A stretch of DNA of 64,000 bases from an uncultured bacterium (GTDB taxonomy: Bacteria > Oederibacteriota > JAAXVQ01 > JAUVAV01), in assembly GCA_963710755.1 (NCBI GenBank), contig CAVQBK010000006.1, positions 144,977 through 208,976 of the forward strand. Direction: 5' to 3'. The notes beneath the pieces are model-generated. The model was not told where the DNA came from. It was given only the letters and a program-made list of their open reading frames with translations, and ran no database searches. The translations under genes and the position numbers were made by a program. This document shows, one piece after another, positions 1 to 11,772 of this stretch. The first letter of the stretch is position 1. Every line of letters starts with the position of its first letter.

Positions 1-3000
1 CGGCAGGGCCGCTGCGCCGTCGGAAGCCGTAAACGTCACGGTACCGTAATAGTTGGTCACTGTATTGTTGAACTGATCCTTGGCCGTCACCTGCACGGTA
101 AAGGGCTGGCCGGCATTGGCATTGGCCGGGGCTTGAATGTCAAAATGATCGATGCTGTTGCTGCGAACCGTAATATTATTGGACGTGCCATTGACATTGG
201 AGTCCACGGTATCTGTGGCCGTGACGCTCTGGGTACCGGTGGTGTTCATGGTCACATTAAAGGTGGCCACGCCCTGGTCGGAAGGCGTGAAGGTGTAGTC
301 ACTGGGCAGATCGGCCATCACGTCGGTGGCGGTAAAATAAATGGTGCCCGTATAACTGCTGGCCACATTAAACCATTGGTCAATGGCCGTCACGTCTACT
401 GTAAAATTTTGTCCTGCCCAAGCCTGGGCCGGCGCGGCGATGGTAAAGGCGATGGGTGTACCGCCGGCCACATTGGTGTTGTCCGAGCCATTCAAGCTAC
501 CCGTAACCGTATCAGTGGCCGTCACGCTCTGTACACCGGCCGTCCTAAAGGTCAAGCCGGTAAAGAAATGGCTGCCGTTGTCCAGGGCGGTAAACGTGTA
601 ATCCACGGGCACGGTGCTCTGGCTGTCTCCGGAAGTAAACGTAATGGTGCCGCGATAAGCCGAAGAAGGACTGCCCCATTGATTGAACACGGTCACCGTG
701 ACACCAGTGGCAATGCCCGCCACGGCCGCATCGGGCGCGTCCACCACCATACTGACAACTGCTTCCGTCGGTGTTGCCGTGGGGGTGGCCGTAGAAGTTG
801 AGGTCGGCGTGGTCGTAAAAGTACCGGTTGCCGTGGCGGTTAATGTAGGCGTATGGCTAGGCGTGGGTGTATGGGTGCTGGTCGCCGTGGGCGTAATAGT
901 CGAGGTAAAGGTGCCGGTTGGCGTTATGGTGGAGGTCGGTGTTCTGGTCGGTGTGTGAGTGGCGGTAAATGTTCCCGTAGGTGTGGTGGTGTTGGTCGGT
1001 GAATGAGACGGCGTACCCGTGGACGTTTGGGTGGCCGTGGGCGTTACCGTGGCGGTCGGTGTATGGGTAGGTGTACTTGTATAAGTCGGTGAATTGGTGG
1101 GGGTGGCGGTTGGGGTGGACGTCAAAGTCACCGTAAACGTCGGCGTGGCTGTACGGGTGGACGTGGGTGTGATCGTGGGCGTCACCGTAGGGGTAAAGGT
1201 AGGTGTGAACGTCGGTGTATTGGAGGCCGTGCCCGTGGGACTGATGGTGGATGTAGGTGAAGCGGTCCCGGTAAAGGTACTGGTAAACGTCGGCGTGACC
1301 GTAGGTGTAGGGGAATGCGTTTTTGTAACCGTAGGCGTTACGGTGGGGCTGAAAGTAGACGTCGGTGTTATGGTAAACGTCGGGGTGTTGGTTGCCGTAT
1401 GGGTTGGCGTATGGCTGCTGGTAGGCGTGGCGGTATTTGTCGGCGAATGGGTCGGTGTGGGCGTACACGTCTGCGTGGCTGTCTTGGTAATCGTCGATGT
1501 GGGTGTTGCCGTAGGCGTGGCGGTAAAGCTGGGTGTGGCGGTGGACGATGAAGTAGGCGTGCCGGTTAGGGTCGCCGTATTGGTCGGTGTATGGGTATAA
1601 GTAAAAGTCGGAGTAATCGTGGGTGTGGCCGTCGGTGTATTGGTGCTGGTGGGTGTTGGCGTCGCGGTTAAGGTAATGGTAGGTGTAGCGGTTGGTGAAA
1701 AAGTGGACGTCGGCGAATGAGTGGAAGTGGAGGTCGGCGAACGTGTGCTGGTATGGGTCGGGGTCACGCTGGGCGTGGGTGTAAAAGTCGACGTCGGCGT
1801 GGCTGTTGACGTAAAGGTTTGTGTGATTGTTGGTGTATAAGTTGGCGTCATGGTGGGTGTGGGCGTATTCGTACAAGTATAGGTGGGCGTCATCGTATAG
1901 GTGGGTGTCATACTGGGCGTATCGGTAAAGGTGGGCGTGGCCGTATTGGTGGGGGTCATGGTATAGGTAAACGTCGGGGTGACTGTTGGCGTCGGCGGCA
2001 TAAAATATTCCAAGGTTAATTGCTGTAGCCTTGGTGAAAAATCAACATTAAAAGAATTCAGGACAGCCTTCCAGCGCAGGTCATTTCCCCGGTCGACGCC
2101 ATTGAAAATAGTGGCACTGCCGATATTAGCCGATTTCCAGGTGCTGCCGCCATTGGCTGACAAATAGTAATCAATCTGCTGACCGTTGAGCATTTCAATG
2201 GGTGTCAAAGTGACGGAATAAAAAAAGCTTTGCGTGGTGGCCAGGGTGGTGGACTGGGCAGTCCCTGGCGAAAGGTAAGCAGGACCGTATTTATTAACCC
2301 GGCCTTCACTGCCTCCCATCAACCAATATTCACTGTTCCAGGCCATACCGCTGATGGACGATGTGCCATAGGCCACCAGGCTGTTGGACCAATCCTGAGC
2401 CAGGCTCCAATTGTAACTGTTTAATTTGGCATGACTGCCGGCGATGAACCAATACTGGTTGCTTTGGTCATAGGTCACGGCATTGACGATTTCACCGGCG
2501 AACCCGCTTAGGTTGACCAGAAAGAGCCATCCCATATCTTTGTCATAAATACGAACACGTTGCGGCGTGGAGGAACCGCCGATCATGAAGCGATGGAATC
2601 CCCCTACTGACGCATAATCAATGGCATTGATGTCGGAAAAATAGGACGATTGATCCAAATTGACAAAAGTGGATCCATCGTACTGCACCAGTTTGCCGCT
2701 GCCACCGCCGATCATCCACACACCGCCGCCACTGGAGATGGCTTTGACATCATCGGAAGATCCAAAATAAGATGAAAGGTTAAGATTGTTAAAACTGGAA
2801 CCATTATAGGATGCCAATTGCCGATCCGTACCGCCGATCAACCAACCGGTGCCATCCCAGTGAATGGACAGGATGCTGCCGGAGAACCCCAGGCTGGAAC
2901 TCAAATCGGTCATGGTGGTGCCATTATAAGAAACCAGTTTGCCGTTGCTGCCGCCAATCAGCCAAATAGAACCATTACCGTCAATGGCCTTGACATTGGC

Positions 3001-4281
3001 TGTTCCCCAACTGGTGCTGCCGAAAGCGGTACTCTTATCAATAAATGACACACCGTCATAAATATTCAAGGTAGCGCTGTCTCCGCCCAGAACCACTTCA
3101 TTATTGTCATTAACGGCAATGGCATTAATCAGCCTGGTACCCATATCTTTAAGATTGTTCGATTCGTCAGCATAGCTGGTACTGTTCACCGAACCACTAC
3201 GGCTGTTAAGGCGTGCCTGTTCCCCGCCCAACAACCAGCCGCTGCCGCTGTCGCCATAGGCTGTTATATAAAGTGGTTGATCGCTTTTAAAGCCCACCAG
3301 ACTGCCGGACTGGTTATACCAGGTGCTGCTGCCGTCATAGGTATAAACAATGGGCGCCAAGCCGGTGCCATTGCCCACAATCATCCAAAAATGGTTGTCC
3401 GGATCATAATCAAGCGAAAAGATGGTGGTAAGTTGGCTAACATGGGAGGACAAGTCCGTAATGGTACTGGCACCGTCGAAGCTTACCAATTTACCACCAG
3501 TACCGCCGACCAGCCAGCGGCTGCCGTCCCACTCTAAGGTGCGTACGATATTAGTTCCAAAAGCACTGGCCCGCACCAGGGAGCTCAAATCCGTAAACGC
3601 CCCGCCCTGGTATTTGACCAATCCGCCATTGTCAGCACCAATGAGCCAATAAGTACCATTATAACCAATGGCATAGGCGTTGGTGGTGTTGGCAAAATAA
3701 TTGGCGCTGCCCGCCAAACTGGTAAAGCTGCCGTCATACCGGTTAATCTTGCCGCCGTTTCCCACAATGAGCCAGAAATCTTCGGTGCCATCACCATGGC
3801 GGATGGCATTAATATCTTCACTGACCCAGTTGACCAGGCCTGAAGAAAGATCGGTAAAGGTGCTGCCATTGTAGGCGTTTAATTTCTTTCCGCTTCCTCC
3901 AATCAGCCATGTGCCGCTGTTGTACCAAATAGAGGTAATCAAGCTGGTGGTAAAACCCGAAAGGTCCGGCGATAAGTTGGTCCAGGTGGTGCCGTTATAG
4001 CTGTTGAGCTTGGCGCCGGCGCCGCCGATAAGCCACTGGCTGCCATTGTAATGAATGGCCCGTATTTGCCCGCCCCAATTATTCAGACCACCGGGCTGGG
4101 AAAACTGATAATGGGCATCCAGCCGTACTTCCCCCAAAGCTGTATCCCAGTTGGCATCCGTATTGAGGGTATCTTCAAAATTGTTGTTGCTGAAAGTTTC
4201 GGTATGGACAAAAGCCCAACTTGGTAGGGCAGCGACGAAGGTCAGCATGAACATCATCAAAAACAGTTTTGTTTTTTTCAT
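1..4281 (-). CDS. Large secreted surface protein (3' end outside window): signal peptide, WLIGG beta-propeller repeats, long Thr/Pro stalk, Ig-like repeats; paralog of 6821..11041
   Basis: Not in the ORF track because there is no stop before the window edge. ATG at 4281 (GAGG upstream; alternative ATG 4290) reads [33 protein letters not shown]...[15 protein letters not shown], collinear with the 1406-aa protein. T/P region ~760-2000, then Ig-like units such as [34 protein letters not shown]. Confidence 0.9.
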   Translation of the reverse strand, partial: MKKTKLFLMMFMLTFVAALPSWAFVHTETFSNNNFEDTLNTDANWDTALGEVRLDAHYQFSQPGGLNNWGGQIRAIHYNGSQWLIGGAGAKLNSYNGTTWTNLSPDLSGFTTSLITSIWYNSGTWLIGGSGKKLNAYNGSTFTDLSSGLVNWVSEDINAIRHGDGTEDFWLIVGNGGKINRYDGSFTSLAGSANYFANTTNAYAIGYNGTYWLIGADNGGLVKYQGGAFTDLSSLVRASAFGTNIVRTLEWDGSRWLVGGTGGKLVSFDGASTITDLSSHVSQLTTIFSLDYDPDNHFWMIVGNGTGLAPIVYTYDGSSTWYNQSGSLVGFKSDQPLYITAYGDSGSGWLLGGEQARLNSRSGSVNSTSYADESNNLKDMGTRLINAIAVNDNNEVVLGGDSATLNIYDGVSFIDKSTAFGSTSWGTANVKAIDGNGSIWLIGGSNGKLVSYNGTTMTDLSSSLGFSGSILSIHWDGTGWLIGGTDRQLASYNGSSFNNLNLSSYFGSSDDVKAISSGGGVWMIGGGSGKLVQYDGSTFVNLDQSSYFSDINAIDYASVGGFHRFMIGGSSTPQRVRIYDKDMGWLFLVNLSGFAGEIVNAVTYDQSNQYWFIAGSHAKLNSYNWSLAQDWSNSLVAYGTSSISGMAWNSEYWLMGGSEGRVNKYGPAYLSPGTAQSTTLATTQSFFYSVTLTPIEMLNGQQIDYYLSANGGSTWKSANIGSATIFNGVDRGNDLRWKAVLNSFNVDFSPRLQQLTLEYFMPPTPTVTPTFTYTMTPTNTATPTFTDTPSMTPTYTMTPTYTCTNTPTPTMTPTYTPTITQTFTSTATPTSTFTPTPSVTPTHTSTRSPTSTSTHSPTSTFSPTATPTITLTATPTPTSTNTPTATPTITPTFTYTHTPTNTATLTGTPTSSSTATPSFTATPTATPTSTITKTATQTCTPTPTHSPTNTATPTSSHTPTHTATNTPTFTITPTSTFSPTVTPTVTKTHSPTPTVTPTFTSTFTGTASPTSTISPTGTASNTPTFTPTFTPTVTPTITPTSTRTATPTFTVTLTSTPTATPTNSPTYTSTPTHTPTATVTPTATQTSTGTPSHSPTNTTTPTGTFTATHTPTRTPTSTITPTGTFTSTITPTATSTHTPTPSHTPTLTATATGTFTTTPTSTSTATPTATPTEAVVSMVVDAPDAAVAGIATGVTVTVFNQWGSPSSAYRGTITFTSGDSQSTVPVDYTFTALDNGSHFFTGLTFRTAGVQSVTATDTVTGSLNGSDNTNVAGGTPIAFTIAAPAQAWAGQNFTVDVTAIDQWFNVASSYTGTIYFTATDVMADLPSDYTFTPSDQGVATFNVTMNTTGTQSVTATDTVDSNVNGTSNNITVRSNSIDHFDIQAPANANAGQPFTVQVTAKDQFNNTVTNYYGTVTFTASDGAAALP

Positions 4282-4538
4282 GGATGTCATCCTCTTTTTG
4301 TGCCTCTCCCCCGCTTAGTAAGTTCTTGTTACCGACCGGTTGTTAAACCAAACCCCACAGGCGGCTTTGAAAAAGCTACTTGCTTGGTACCGACATGCCT
4401 TTACCCGCCTCGACAAACCAGCAGACGCCCAAGGGGTTGCCCGGCCGCTTGTTAGTGTCGGCTGCCGGGGAACCAGGGTTTATAGCTTCATCTTGAAAAA
4501 GTCGTCATCCGCGGGACGTATACGCGCCCCGGCGTGTT

Positions 4539-6200
4539 TTATTTTTCCAAAACCACCTCAATATCAATGGAGGAATTCTTCGTCTCCTTGCCCGCCTCCC
4601 CAACCTTGGTTTCCAAACGATTGGCATCAAAACGGAAACTCATTTTCAGATACCGCTCCACCGCTTTGGCCCGTGCTTCAGCCAGATCTTTCTTGGCTCC
4701 TGCAAAACCCACAATCACCACTTTTCCATAGTCATAACGTTCCAATTGTTTGCCGATTTGTCCCAGACCACGTTGTGCTGTTTTGGTTAGTGCAGCTGTG
4801 CCTCTGTCAAAGTTAATGCCGGGCAGCATGCCCGCCTTGATGCTCCCCATGATGCGATTCAGAGCGCTTCGAAGTTTTTTAGACTCTTCACCTTTATCAA
4901 CTTCAGGCTCTTTTGTAGGCGCCGGGGTGGCCTCAACCTGCGGTGCTTTGTTTTCTTTGGCAGGTTCTGTTTTTGGCGGTTCTTTTTTCTCAGTACTTTT
5001 TACTTGTTGATCTGTTTTCTTGTCTGCCTGCGGGGGTGTCTTGGCTTCTTTACGGGCTTGGGGTTTAGACATCGGCACAACTGATGGCATGGCCGACGGC
5101 ACCGGCACTTGGGCTGCCAGCGGCGTTACGGCATTTTTCCCGGTCAAAAACTCCAAGGTCAAGGAAATACGCTGGGTTGTGCCCAAGTCGCCATAGGGCA
5201 CAAACGCATAATCCAACTGGTAGCGAATACCCGAAATTAAAATGGCAAATCCGGCACCGGCCGTCAGTCCGGCCATGCTGTCCAGGTCCTGAATCTCATT
5301 GCCAATTTTATAGCCGACGCGGGCCGCCACTTTGGAACTGGGACCCACCAGCGCGTATTCCGTTCCCAGCGATATTTTAAAATTATTGTCCACCGGAATT
5401 AAGGCGTCGGCTGCAAAAGTAAAGCGGCCATTGTCTGTGAGCGCATCATTAATGATGTAGCCGCCGCCTAGTCTGAAATTAATGGGCATCATCTGGTCTG
5501 TGGTGACGCCCAGATTCTGAGCCACAAACCCAATCCGCCAACCGGCATCTCTTATAGTCGGTGCCACATCCGAAGCCTTCTGTCTCAGCGCATTGAGTGT
5601 AGTGACTTCCCTGGGTTTAATTTCTTCAGTCTGCCGCCAGAGCGCGCCAATGTCCAGACCACCGCCGAAAATACTGGCTTCAGCCACACTCTCGGAAACC
5701 ACCCTGAGCGATGCACCGACCAAGGTATTTTTAACAAAGGGATCATCACTGGGAATAAGACGATTAAGCTTTTGGGCATAGGTCCCAATAAAGGCCAGAC
5801 TCATGGCCGAGACGTCACCGGCTGTGCCCACATAATTGCCTGATGAATCTTCCAGGGTTTGTGTAATCGTCCCTGCATTCATCAGCGTGATGCCACCGCC
5901 TATGGCACCAAGAGGACCAAGGGGCGTACCAAAGGCCAAATACTCGGTACCAATTTCTTCCATCCAGAAACTGTGAGTAAAAGCAGCTTGCACGGTTTTG
6001 AGTTGAGAAAGTCCGGCAGGATTCCAGTACAAGGTATCCAGGTCATCGCCAAGCGCTACGTAGGTCTCACCCATGGCCACTGCCCGAACACCCTGTCCGG
6101 CTTTCAGGAAATTGGCATTGGTTGTACCCGGACCACCGGCGTGACCAAGGGATATCAATAATATTAAGCCCATCATGAAGAATAGTGTTCTTTTAAACAT
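4539..6200 (-). CDS. PorV/PorQ-family outer-membrane beta-barrel protein with Pro/Lys-rich linker and degenerate OmpA-like C-terminal domain
   Basis: Signal peptide; FLKAGQGVRAVAMGETYVALGDDLDTLYWNPAGL N-terminal motif; LDYAFVPYGDLGTTQRISL barrel end; C-terminal INFDRGTAALT...LAEARAKAVERYL. Confidence 0.8.
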   Translation of the reverse strand: MFKRTLFFMMGLILLISLGHAGGPGTTNANFLKAGQGVRAVAMGETYVALGDDLDTLYWNPAGLSQLKTVQAAFTHSFWMEEIGTEYLAFGTPLGPLGAIGGGITLMNAGTITQTLEDSSGNYVGTAGDVSAMSLAFIGTYAQKLNRLIPSDDPFVKNTLVGASLRVVSESVAEASIFGGGLDIGALWRQTEEIKPREVTTLNALRQKASDVAPTIRDAGWRIGFVAQNLGVTTDQMMPINFRLGGGYIINDALTDNGRFTFAADALIPVDNNFKISLGTEYALVGPSSKVAARVGYKIGNEIQDLDSMAGLTAGAGFAILISGIRYQLDYAFVPYGDLGTTQRISLTLEFLTGKNAVTPLAAQVPVPSAMPSVVPMSKPQARKEAKTPPQADKKTDQQVKSTEKKEPPKTEPAKENKAPQVEATPAPTKEPEVDKGEESKKLRSALNRIMGSIKAGMLPGINFDRGTAALTKTAQRGLGQIGKQLERYDYGKVVIVGFAGAKKDLAEARAKAVERYLKMSFRFDANRLETKVGEAGKETKNSSIDIEVVLEK

Positions 6201-6463
6201 AAAATCACCTCAGCGGATGACTGCTTAACTTATTGATCATTATCGTTATTATAATTTTTATATAAATATATTTTGTAATTATTTCGTTATTTATTTTATA
6301 TCAGTTGCATATTTTTATCAACATATTTTTTTATTTATCATTTTATTTATCATATTATTTGCAATTTTATCTTTCTATTGATAATAGTCTTACCAAATAC
6401 AAACAACCCATATCCTTTATTTTACTTCAAACAAGGCCAATGCAGAAAAACCACTTCAACAAA

Positions 6464-6490
6464 GTATCGGTTTAAAAGAAAATTTATTAA
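6464..6490 (-). promoter_or_regulatory. Possible sigma28 (FliA)-type promoter
   Basis: Minus strand TTAA-N15-ACCGATAC versus consensus TAAA-N15-GCCGATAA, upstream of the 6200 start. Confidence 0.35.
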
Positions 6491-6552
6491 ATGGTTTTTG
6501 GGAATTTAAGCTGAACCAAGGTTGATGGGGCCTGGCGATAAAACTGCAAAAT

Positions 6553-6582
6553 AAAAAAAGAGGCACCTCACTGTGCCCCTTT
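6553..6582 (-). terminator. Intrinsic terminator downstream of the 1406-aa gene
   Basis: Minus strand AAAGGGGCAC-agtgag-GTGCCTCTTT followed by a T run. Confidence 0.7.
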
Positions 6583-6820
6583 AGGTCGTTCTTGTTGCAG
6601 ATAGCAATCGTTGTTGTTTCTAGTTTCCGTTACCTCGGCTTGGTTTTAGCCGGGGTTCAGGATGAATAAAAATTTCTTGCTCCTTATGCCAGCCTAACTT
6701 GGTCCGGGTGATTTTCCAGATTTTGGCTAAGGCCTGCCGGACTACGAATCCAACCAGGTGTCCTTGTCTTATCAAAACTAGTTAAGAGGCGTTGTGCCTA
6801 AAGTTGACTTTAAATCAATC

Positions 6821-9800
6821 TTATCTGATGACAATTAGTTTACCCGTATAAGTACGGCCATTTTCTTTTTTCAAAATCCAGAAATATAATCCCGAAGCCA
6901 CATCAGATCCTGATTGATTTTTCCCCTTCCATTCATAGCGGTTGCTCATCCCGGTCACTTCGATAACCTTTTCCCCGGATACCGTAAATATTCTTAAATG
7001 ATCTCCCGGTTCCACACCTGTAAATTTACAGGTGCCATTGAAAGCCCGTTTGGGGTGATAAGGATTAGGATAGACTCTGACCTCGGTTATGGGGGTGGAC
7101 GTGGACGTAGGCGTCGAGGTGGTGGTAGGGGTTGTAGTCAGCGATGCAAAAGGCGTTGCAGTCAAGGTGACCGTCGGTGAAATGGTCAGGGTGACGGTTA
7201 TAGTCGGCGTCCAGGTAAAGGTGCTGGTGACCGTAAAAGTTGCTGTAGGTGTGGGGCTGACAGAAATCGTCGCCGTGGCCGTGGCCGTATAAGTCATGGT
7301 TATCGTCGGGGTAATGGTGTGTGTGCCCGTTGGCGAAGCAGTCCGCGTAGCTGTAAACGTCGGTGTGGTGGTGGGCGAATGCGTAAAGGTTGCCGACGGT
7401 GTAAAGGTCACCGTCTGAGTGGGGGTGTCCGTTATGGTTGGCGTGGCGGTGGCTGTAGCCGAGGCCGTGGCTGTACGCGTAAAGGTATAGGTTGGCGTTA
7501 CGGTGGAGGTAGGTGTAAAGGTGGGGGTCACAGTGGGCGTATGGGTAAAGGTAGGCGTAGCCGTACGTGTGGGTGTGGCGGTGCGTGTGGCCGATGGCGT
7601 GAACGTAGCGGAATGGGTAGACGTGGGTGTAAACGTCGGCGTGGCCGTATAGGTGCTGGAATGAGTAAAGGTTGGTGTGGCGGTAGGCGTGTCGGTGGAC
7701 GTCATTGTAAAAGTTGATGTCGGTGTCCAGGTGGGCGTGGTGGTGGGTGTAGGTGAATGAGTACTGGTGTAAGTCGGCGTGACGCTGGGTGTTGCTGTAA
7801 ATGTGGGAGTAGCGGTACTGGTTGGTGTCCAGGTCGGCGTATAAGTCGATGTCGGCGTCCAGGTCGGCGTGACCGTGGACGTCGGTGAATGAGTTGAGGT
7901 AAAGGTGGGGGTCGCGGTATTGGTAGGCGTAAAGGTGGGGGTCGTGGTGCTGGTTGCGGTTACGGTTCGTGTGTGAGTGGACGTTGGCGTCCAGGTCGGT
8001 GTGACCGTGAACGTCGGTGAATAGGTGGAGGTAAAAGTGGGTGTCGCGGTATTGGTAGGCGTAAAGGTTGGCGTAGTGGTACTGGTTGCGGTTATGGTTC
8101 GTGTATGAGTGGATGTTGGCGTCCAGGTCGGTGTGACCGTGAACGTCGGTGAATGGGTGGACGTCGGCGTCCACGTAAAGCTGGGCGTTGCCGTAGGTGA
8201 ATGGGTGCTGGTAAAGGTTGGGGTTACGGTCGGTGTGGCTGTCCCGGTGGGTGTATGGGTTGATGTAGGTGTATGGGTAAACGTTGGCGTTGTGGTAAAC
8301 GTGGCCGTGACGGTAGGTGTTGCGGTTTTGGTTATGGTAAAAGTAGGCGTCGCCGTGGGGGTATTGGTTGGGGTAAAGGTCGGTGTCGATGTGGGCGAAT
8401 GGGTGGAGGTAGGACTCCAGGTCGGGGTATGAGTAAAAGTCGGTGTGTGAGTAAAGGTTGATGAATAAGCCGGGGTTGGGGTCGGCGTATCGGTCGGCGT
8501 ATGGGTTGAGGTTGGCGAAAAAGTTGATGTCGGTGTGGCCGTAAAGCTTGGGGTATAGGTGGGGCTGATGGTCATGGTGCCCGTCGGCGAATGGGTAGAT
8601 GTGGGCGTACCGGTAAAACTGGGCGTCGCCGTCGGCGTATGCGTAAAGGTAGGCGTCGCCGTGGGTGTAAAGGTGGCTGTCGGCGTGTGAGTGGAGGTGG
8701 GTGTAAAGGTGGGTGTAATCGTAGAAGTCGGCGTGGGTTCCACGTAATTAATGTTCAAGGAACTGATATAAGGAGAAATTTCGACATTGGTGGTCTGCAA
8801 ATCCGCCCGCCAGCGCAGATCATTGCCGCTGTTGATAAAGGTCCAGTTGCTACCAGGTGTTACCGGCCCTTCCCAGTGCGTGCCACCGTCCGCGGTAAGA
8901 TAATAATCAATGGATTGACCATTCAAGGTTTGATTGACGGTTAACAAAGCGCTGATAAAATAACTGCCCGTGCTGGCCACGTTAAGGGAATAACCGCTGC
9001 CCAAGGTACTATATTCAGGACCGTATTTATTGATCCGCGCCTCACTGCCCCCGATCATCCAGTAGGTGCCGTTCCAGCACAGCGTATTGATGGCCGAGTT
9101 ACCGTAAGCCACCAGATTAGCGGAAACATCGGAGATGGAGGACCAATCATAGGTATTGATTTTGGCGTGGTCTCCGGCAATAAACCAGTAGCTGTCCTGC
9201 GGGTTGTAACCTACCGCATAGACGGCGTCGCTGGAAAAGCCCGATAGGGTTTCCCAATTGGTCACCCCGAAATCGGGGTTATAGAGACAAACTTTTTGGG
9301 GAGAGCTGACACCGCCGATCATAAACCAATCAAATCCGCCGTGATACGTATAGGCAATATCATTAATGTCTGTAAAACCGCTAACCGCAGCGACCGGGGA
9401 AACCGTACTGCCGTCATAGATGGCCAAACTACCAGATCCGCCGCCAATCAGCCACTGCCCGCCCCCATAGGCCAAAGCTTTAACATCATCAGAAACACCA
9501 AACACGGCCGCCAGACTTACCGGTGTAAAGGTTGACCCATTGTAGCGCACCAACTGCCTGCCGGTACCACCTATCAGCCAATAACTCCCGTTCCAGCGAA
9601 TGCTGGTGATGCTTCCCGCAAAACCCAAAGAAGCCGTTAGATCTGTTGCTGTGCCACCTGCATACCGCACCAACTTACCCGAGCTTCCGCCAATCAACCA
9701 ATAACTGCTGTTGCCATCCGCGGCCAGCACATTGGCCGTACCCCAGCCGGCGGCGGCCAGGTCACCGCTGATATCCTGGAAGGTCAGGCCATCGTAGGCA

Positions 9801-11041
9801 TTCAAACGGCTATTGTTGCCCCCCAGAATGACATCACCGTTATCGTTATCAGCGGCAAAGTTGATGTTGTAGATACCCATATCTTTCAAATCAGAGGTAA
9901 AATCAGTAAAACTGGGCAGGTTCAATGATCCGACACGCTTATTCAGACGAGCTTGTTCCCCGCCGATCAGCCATTCGTCCGAACCAGTGGTGCTGTTGTA
10001 TTCAATACAGTAGATAGGATTACCAGACCCAAAGCCTGTGAGTTGCGATGATTGATTAAGCCAAGTACTACCACCGTCCCATGCATACAACACAGGAGCC
10101 AAGCCTGTCCCATTGCCGCCAATCAGCCAAAAACCGCTGGCCGTATTGTAGTCGATGGAAAAAATATTATTCATGCCCGTAACGTTGGCCGATAAATCCG
10201 TAAAAGTGGTTGTGCCGTTGAAGGAGACCAATTTCCCGCCACTGCCGCCAATCAACCATTTGGTGCCGTCCCAGGCGAGAGAACGTACAGTGTTGTTGCC
10301 AAAAGTGGTACGGAATTGGGCACTTAAATCATAAAAGACGCCGCCTTGGTATTTGCTCAAGCAGCCGCCATCGCCGCCCAGCAGCCAATAAGAACCGTTA
10401 AAAGCCACCGCATAACCATTGGTGGTGTTGGCAAAAAAACCTGCCCTGCCCGACATATCGGTAAAGGTAGAACCATCATAACTGTTCAGGCGCCCATTAT
10501 TGCCCACTATCAGCCAAACCGAATCCGTGGGGCTGCCGCCGCCATAACGCACGGCATTAATATCCTGACTCACCCAATTAATCAGCCCACCTGAAAGATC
10601 GGTAAAAGTTGTACCATCATAACTGTTTAGCTTTTTACCAGTGCCGCCGATCAGCCAGGTGCCACTCTGGTGCCAAATGGACATGATTGTGCTGGTACTA
10701 TAATTGTCCAGGTCGGGAGAGAGATTGGTCCAACTGGTCCCGTCATAGCTGTTGAGCTTGGCGCCGGCGCCGCCAATAAGCCACCGCCCGCCTGGTTGCC
10801 CATTGTGGTGAATGGCGCGAATCTGGCCACCCCAATTGATTAATCCGCCTGGTTGGGAGAAGCTGTAGGAAGAGGTCAGAAGCAGCTGCCGTTTGATGGT
10901 ATTCCAATCGGCCGTGGTTGCCGGATCTTTGTAAGTGGTGGTGGCAAAATTTTCAGTATAACTGCCCGCCCAGCTCAGCGCCGCCATCTGCCAAAGCCAT
11001 AACGCGCTGAATAGAACCATCCCTCGTCTTTTCCAGTGCAT
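6821..11041 (-). CDS. Secreted surface protein: 14 WLIGG repeats (double beta-propeller), ~550-aa Thr/Pro stalk, T9SS type-A-like/FlgD-Ig C-terminal domain
   Basis: 1406 aa; signal peptide; 14 countable repeats of W(L/M/F)IGG..G.L..YDG..F.DLS; C-terminus VYPNPY...IFTVSGEKV...[20 protein letters not shown]...GKLIVIR. Confidence 0.88.
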   Translation of the reverse strand: MHWKRRGMVLFSALWLWQMAALSWAGSYTENFATTTYKDPATTADWNTIKRQLLLTSSYSFSQPGGLINWGGQIRAIHHNGQPGGRWLIGGAGAKLNSYDGTSWTNLSPDLDNYSTSTIMSIWHQSGTWLIGGTGKKLNSYDGTTFTDLSGGLINWVSQDINAVRYGGGSPTDSVWLIVGNNGRLNSYDGSTFTDMSGRAGFFANTTNGYAVAFNGSYWLLGGDGGCLSKYQGGVFYDLSAQFRTTFGNNTVRSLAWDGTKWLIGGSGGKLVSFNGTTTFTDLSANVTGMNNIFSIDYNTASGFWLIGGNGTGLAPVLYAWDGGSTWLNQSSQLTGFGSGNPIYCIEYNSTTGSDEWLIGGEQARLNKRVGSLNLPSFTDFTSDLKDMGIYNINFAADNDNGDVILGGNNSRLNAYDGLTFQDISGDLAAAGWGTANVLAADGNSSYWLIGGSSGKLVRYAGGTATDLTASLGFAGSITSIRWNGSYWLIGGTGRQLVRYNGSTFTPVSLAAVFGVSDDVKALAYGGGQWLIGGGSGSLAIYDGSTVSPVAAVSGFTDINDIAYTYHGGFDWFMIGGVSSPQKVCLYNPDFGVTNWETLSGFSSDAVYAVGYNPQDSYWFIAGDHAKINTYDWSSISDVSANLVAYGNSAINTLCWNGTYWMIGGSEARINKYGPEYSTLGSGYSLNVASTGSYFISALLTVNQTLNGQSIDYYLTADGGTHWEGPVTPGSNWTFINSGNDLRWRADLQTTNVEISPYISSLNINYVEPTPTSTITPTFTPTSTHTPTATFTPTATPTFTHTPTATPSFTGTPTSTHSPTGTMTISPTYTPSFTATPTSTFSPTSTHTPTDTPTPTPAYSSTFTHTPTFTHTPTWSPTSTHSPTSTPTFTPTNTPTATPTFTITKTATPTVTATFTTTPTFTHTPTSTHTPTGTATPTVTPTFTSTHSPTATPSFTWTPTSTHSPTFTVTPTWTPTSTHTRTITATSTTTPTFTPTNTATPTFTSTYSPTFTVTPTWTPTSTHTRTVTATSTTTPTFTPTNTATPTFTSTHSPTSTVTPTWTPTSTYTPTWTPTSTATPTFTATPSVTPTYTSTHSPTPTTTPTWTPTSTFTMTSTDTPTATPTFTHSSTYTATPTFTPTSTHSATFTPSATRTATPTRTATPTFTHTPTVTPTFTPTSTVTPTYTFTRTATASATATATPTITDTPTQTVTFTPSATFTHSPTTTPTFTATRTASPTGTHTITPTITMTYTATATATISVSPTPTATFTVTSTFTWTPTITVTLTISPTVTLTATPFASLTTTPTTTSTPTSTSTPITEVRVYPNPYHPKRAFNGTCKFTGVEPGDHLRIFTVSGEKVIEVTGMSNRYEWKGKNQSGSDVASGLYFWILKKENGRTYTGKLIVIR
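7854..8165. repeat. Intragenic 132-bp (44-aa) tandem repeat in the Thr/Pro stalk, about 2.4 copies
   Basis: GGCGTCCAGGTCGG recurs at 7854, 7986 and 8118 with near-identical intervening sequence. Confidence 0.8.
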
Positions 11042-11078
11042 AAAGCGTCCCCTCTACAGCTTTTAATTTGGTAAGGAA

Positions 11079-11642
11079 TTAGATATTAAACTCTTTACAG
11101 ACTTCCCCACTATTGTCCTGTATGTATTTGACAGATTCCATAATTTTATCTTTTTCCGCCTTGCCCACGGTAGCTTTGTTAATATTATCAGCGATGGCTT
11201 TGACCGAGGTCTGGATCCCGGCAATCACCTCGCGGTCACGACGCACATATCCCCGCAGCCGTTCCGTCATCTCATTAAAAGATTCTTCCAATTCCCGTAA
11301 TTCATCACCTTTTCTCAGATTAACTTGAATTTTAAGATTGCCATTAGCCACTTCCCGGGCACACATGACAAACCGGTACAACGGACCGGCCACTTTGTGG
11401 GAGAGGTAAACGCCGACTGTAATATTACAAATGGTCAGGAACAAAATAACAGCCAGAACAGCTTTATAGATGAAATAAATGTTGGTTCCCGGGATTTCCG
11501 GTTTGGGTTGATTAAGCACAAAAAAAGTGGCAATGCCTACAATGATAATCTCTACGATCATGGTAAAAATCAAAATCAGGGAATACTTAAACTGCAAATC
11601 CATATTGATGTAGATTTGTTTGCGTTTAAATGTCTCAGCCAC
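11079..11642 (-). CDS. Small inner-membrane HAMP-domain protein (two TM helices, HAMP, short coiled coil)
   Basis: RKQIYINMDLQFKY N-terminal motif, two hydrophobic helices, SHKVAGPLYRF...GNL...LRKGDELRELEESFNEM HAMP signature; GTG start with GAGG. Confidence 0.8.
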   Translation of the reverse strand: MAETFKRKQIYINMDLQFKYSLILIFTMIVEIIIVGIATFFVLNQPKPEIPGTNIYFIYKAVLAVILFLTICNITVGVYLSHKVAGPLYRFVMCAREVANGNLKIQVNLRKGDELRELEESFNEMTERLRGYVRRDREVIAGIQTSVKAIADNINKATVGKAEKDKIMESVKYIQDNSGEVCKEFNI

Positions 11643-11744
11643 TTAGGTCACCTCGTATAATTTTTTACAGCTTTTCTATTTTAATAAAATACGCACATTC
11701 CTCTACGGTTTATGAATTCCATCCGTTCGCGAATAATGGCCTTT

Positions 11745-11772
11745 GTAGGGAACGGTCACGACCGTTTCCTAT
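11745..11772. repeat. 28-nt GTAGGG-type REP palindrome (intergenic)
   Basis: GTAGGGAACGGTCACGACCGTTTCCTAT, imperfect palindrome. Confidence 0.7.

Noticed and set aside
133-2167. Val/Gly-rich plus-strand ORFs and the His/Tyr-rich minus ORF 857..1876
   Set aside because: Antisense and alternate-frame shadows of the Thr/Pro stalk of the real 4281 to <1 gene.
4291-4538. c-di-GMP or other riboswitch ahead of the surface-protein gene
   Set aside because: No GEMM core (GCAAA...GAAA tetraloop/receptor) was recognisable on the minus strand.
7065-8944. 369-aa His-rich ORF and VGV-repeat ORFs
   Set aside because: Same frame artefact from the stalk of 6821..11041.
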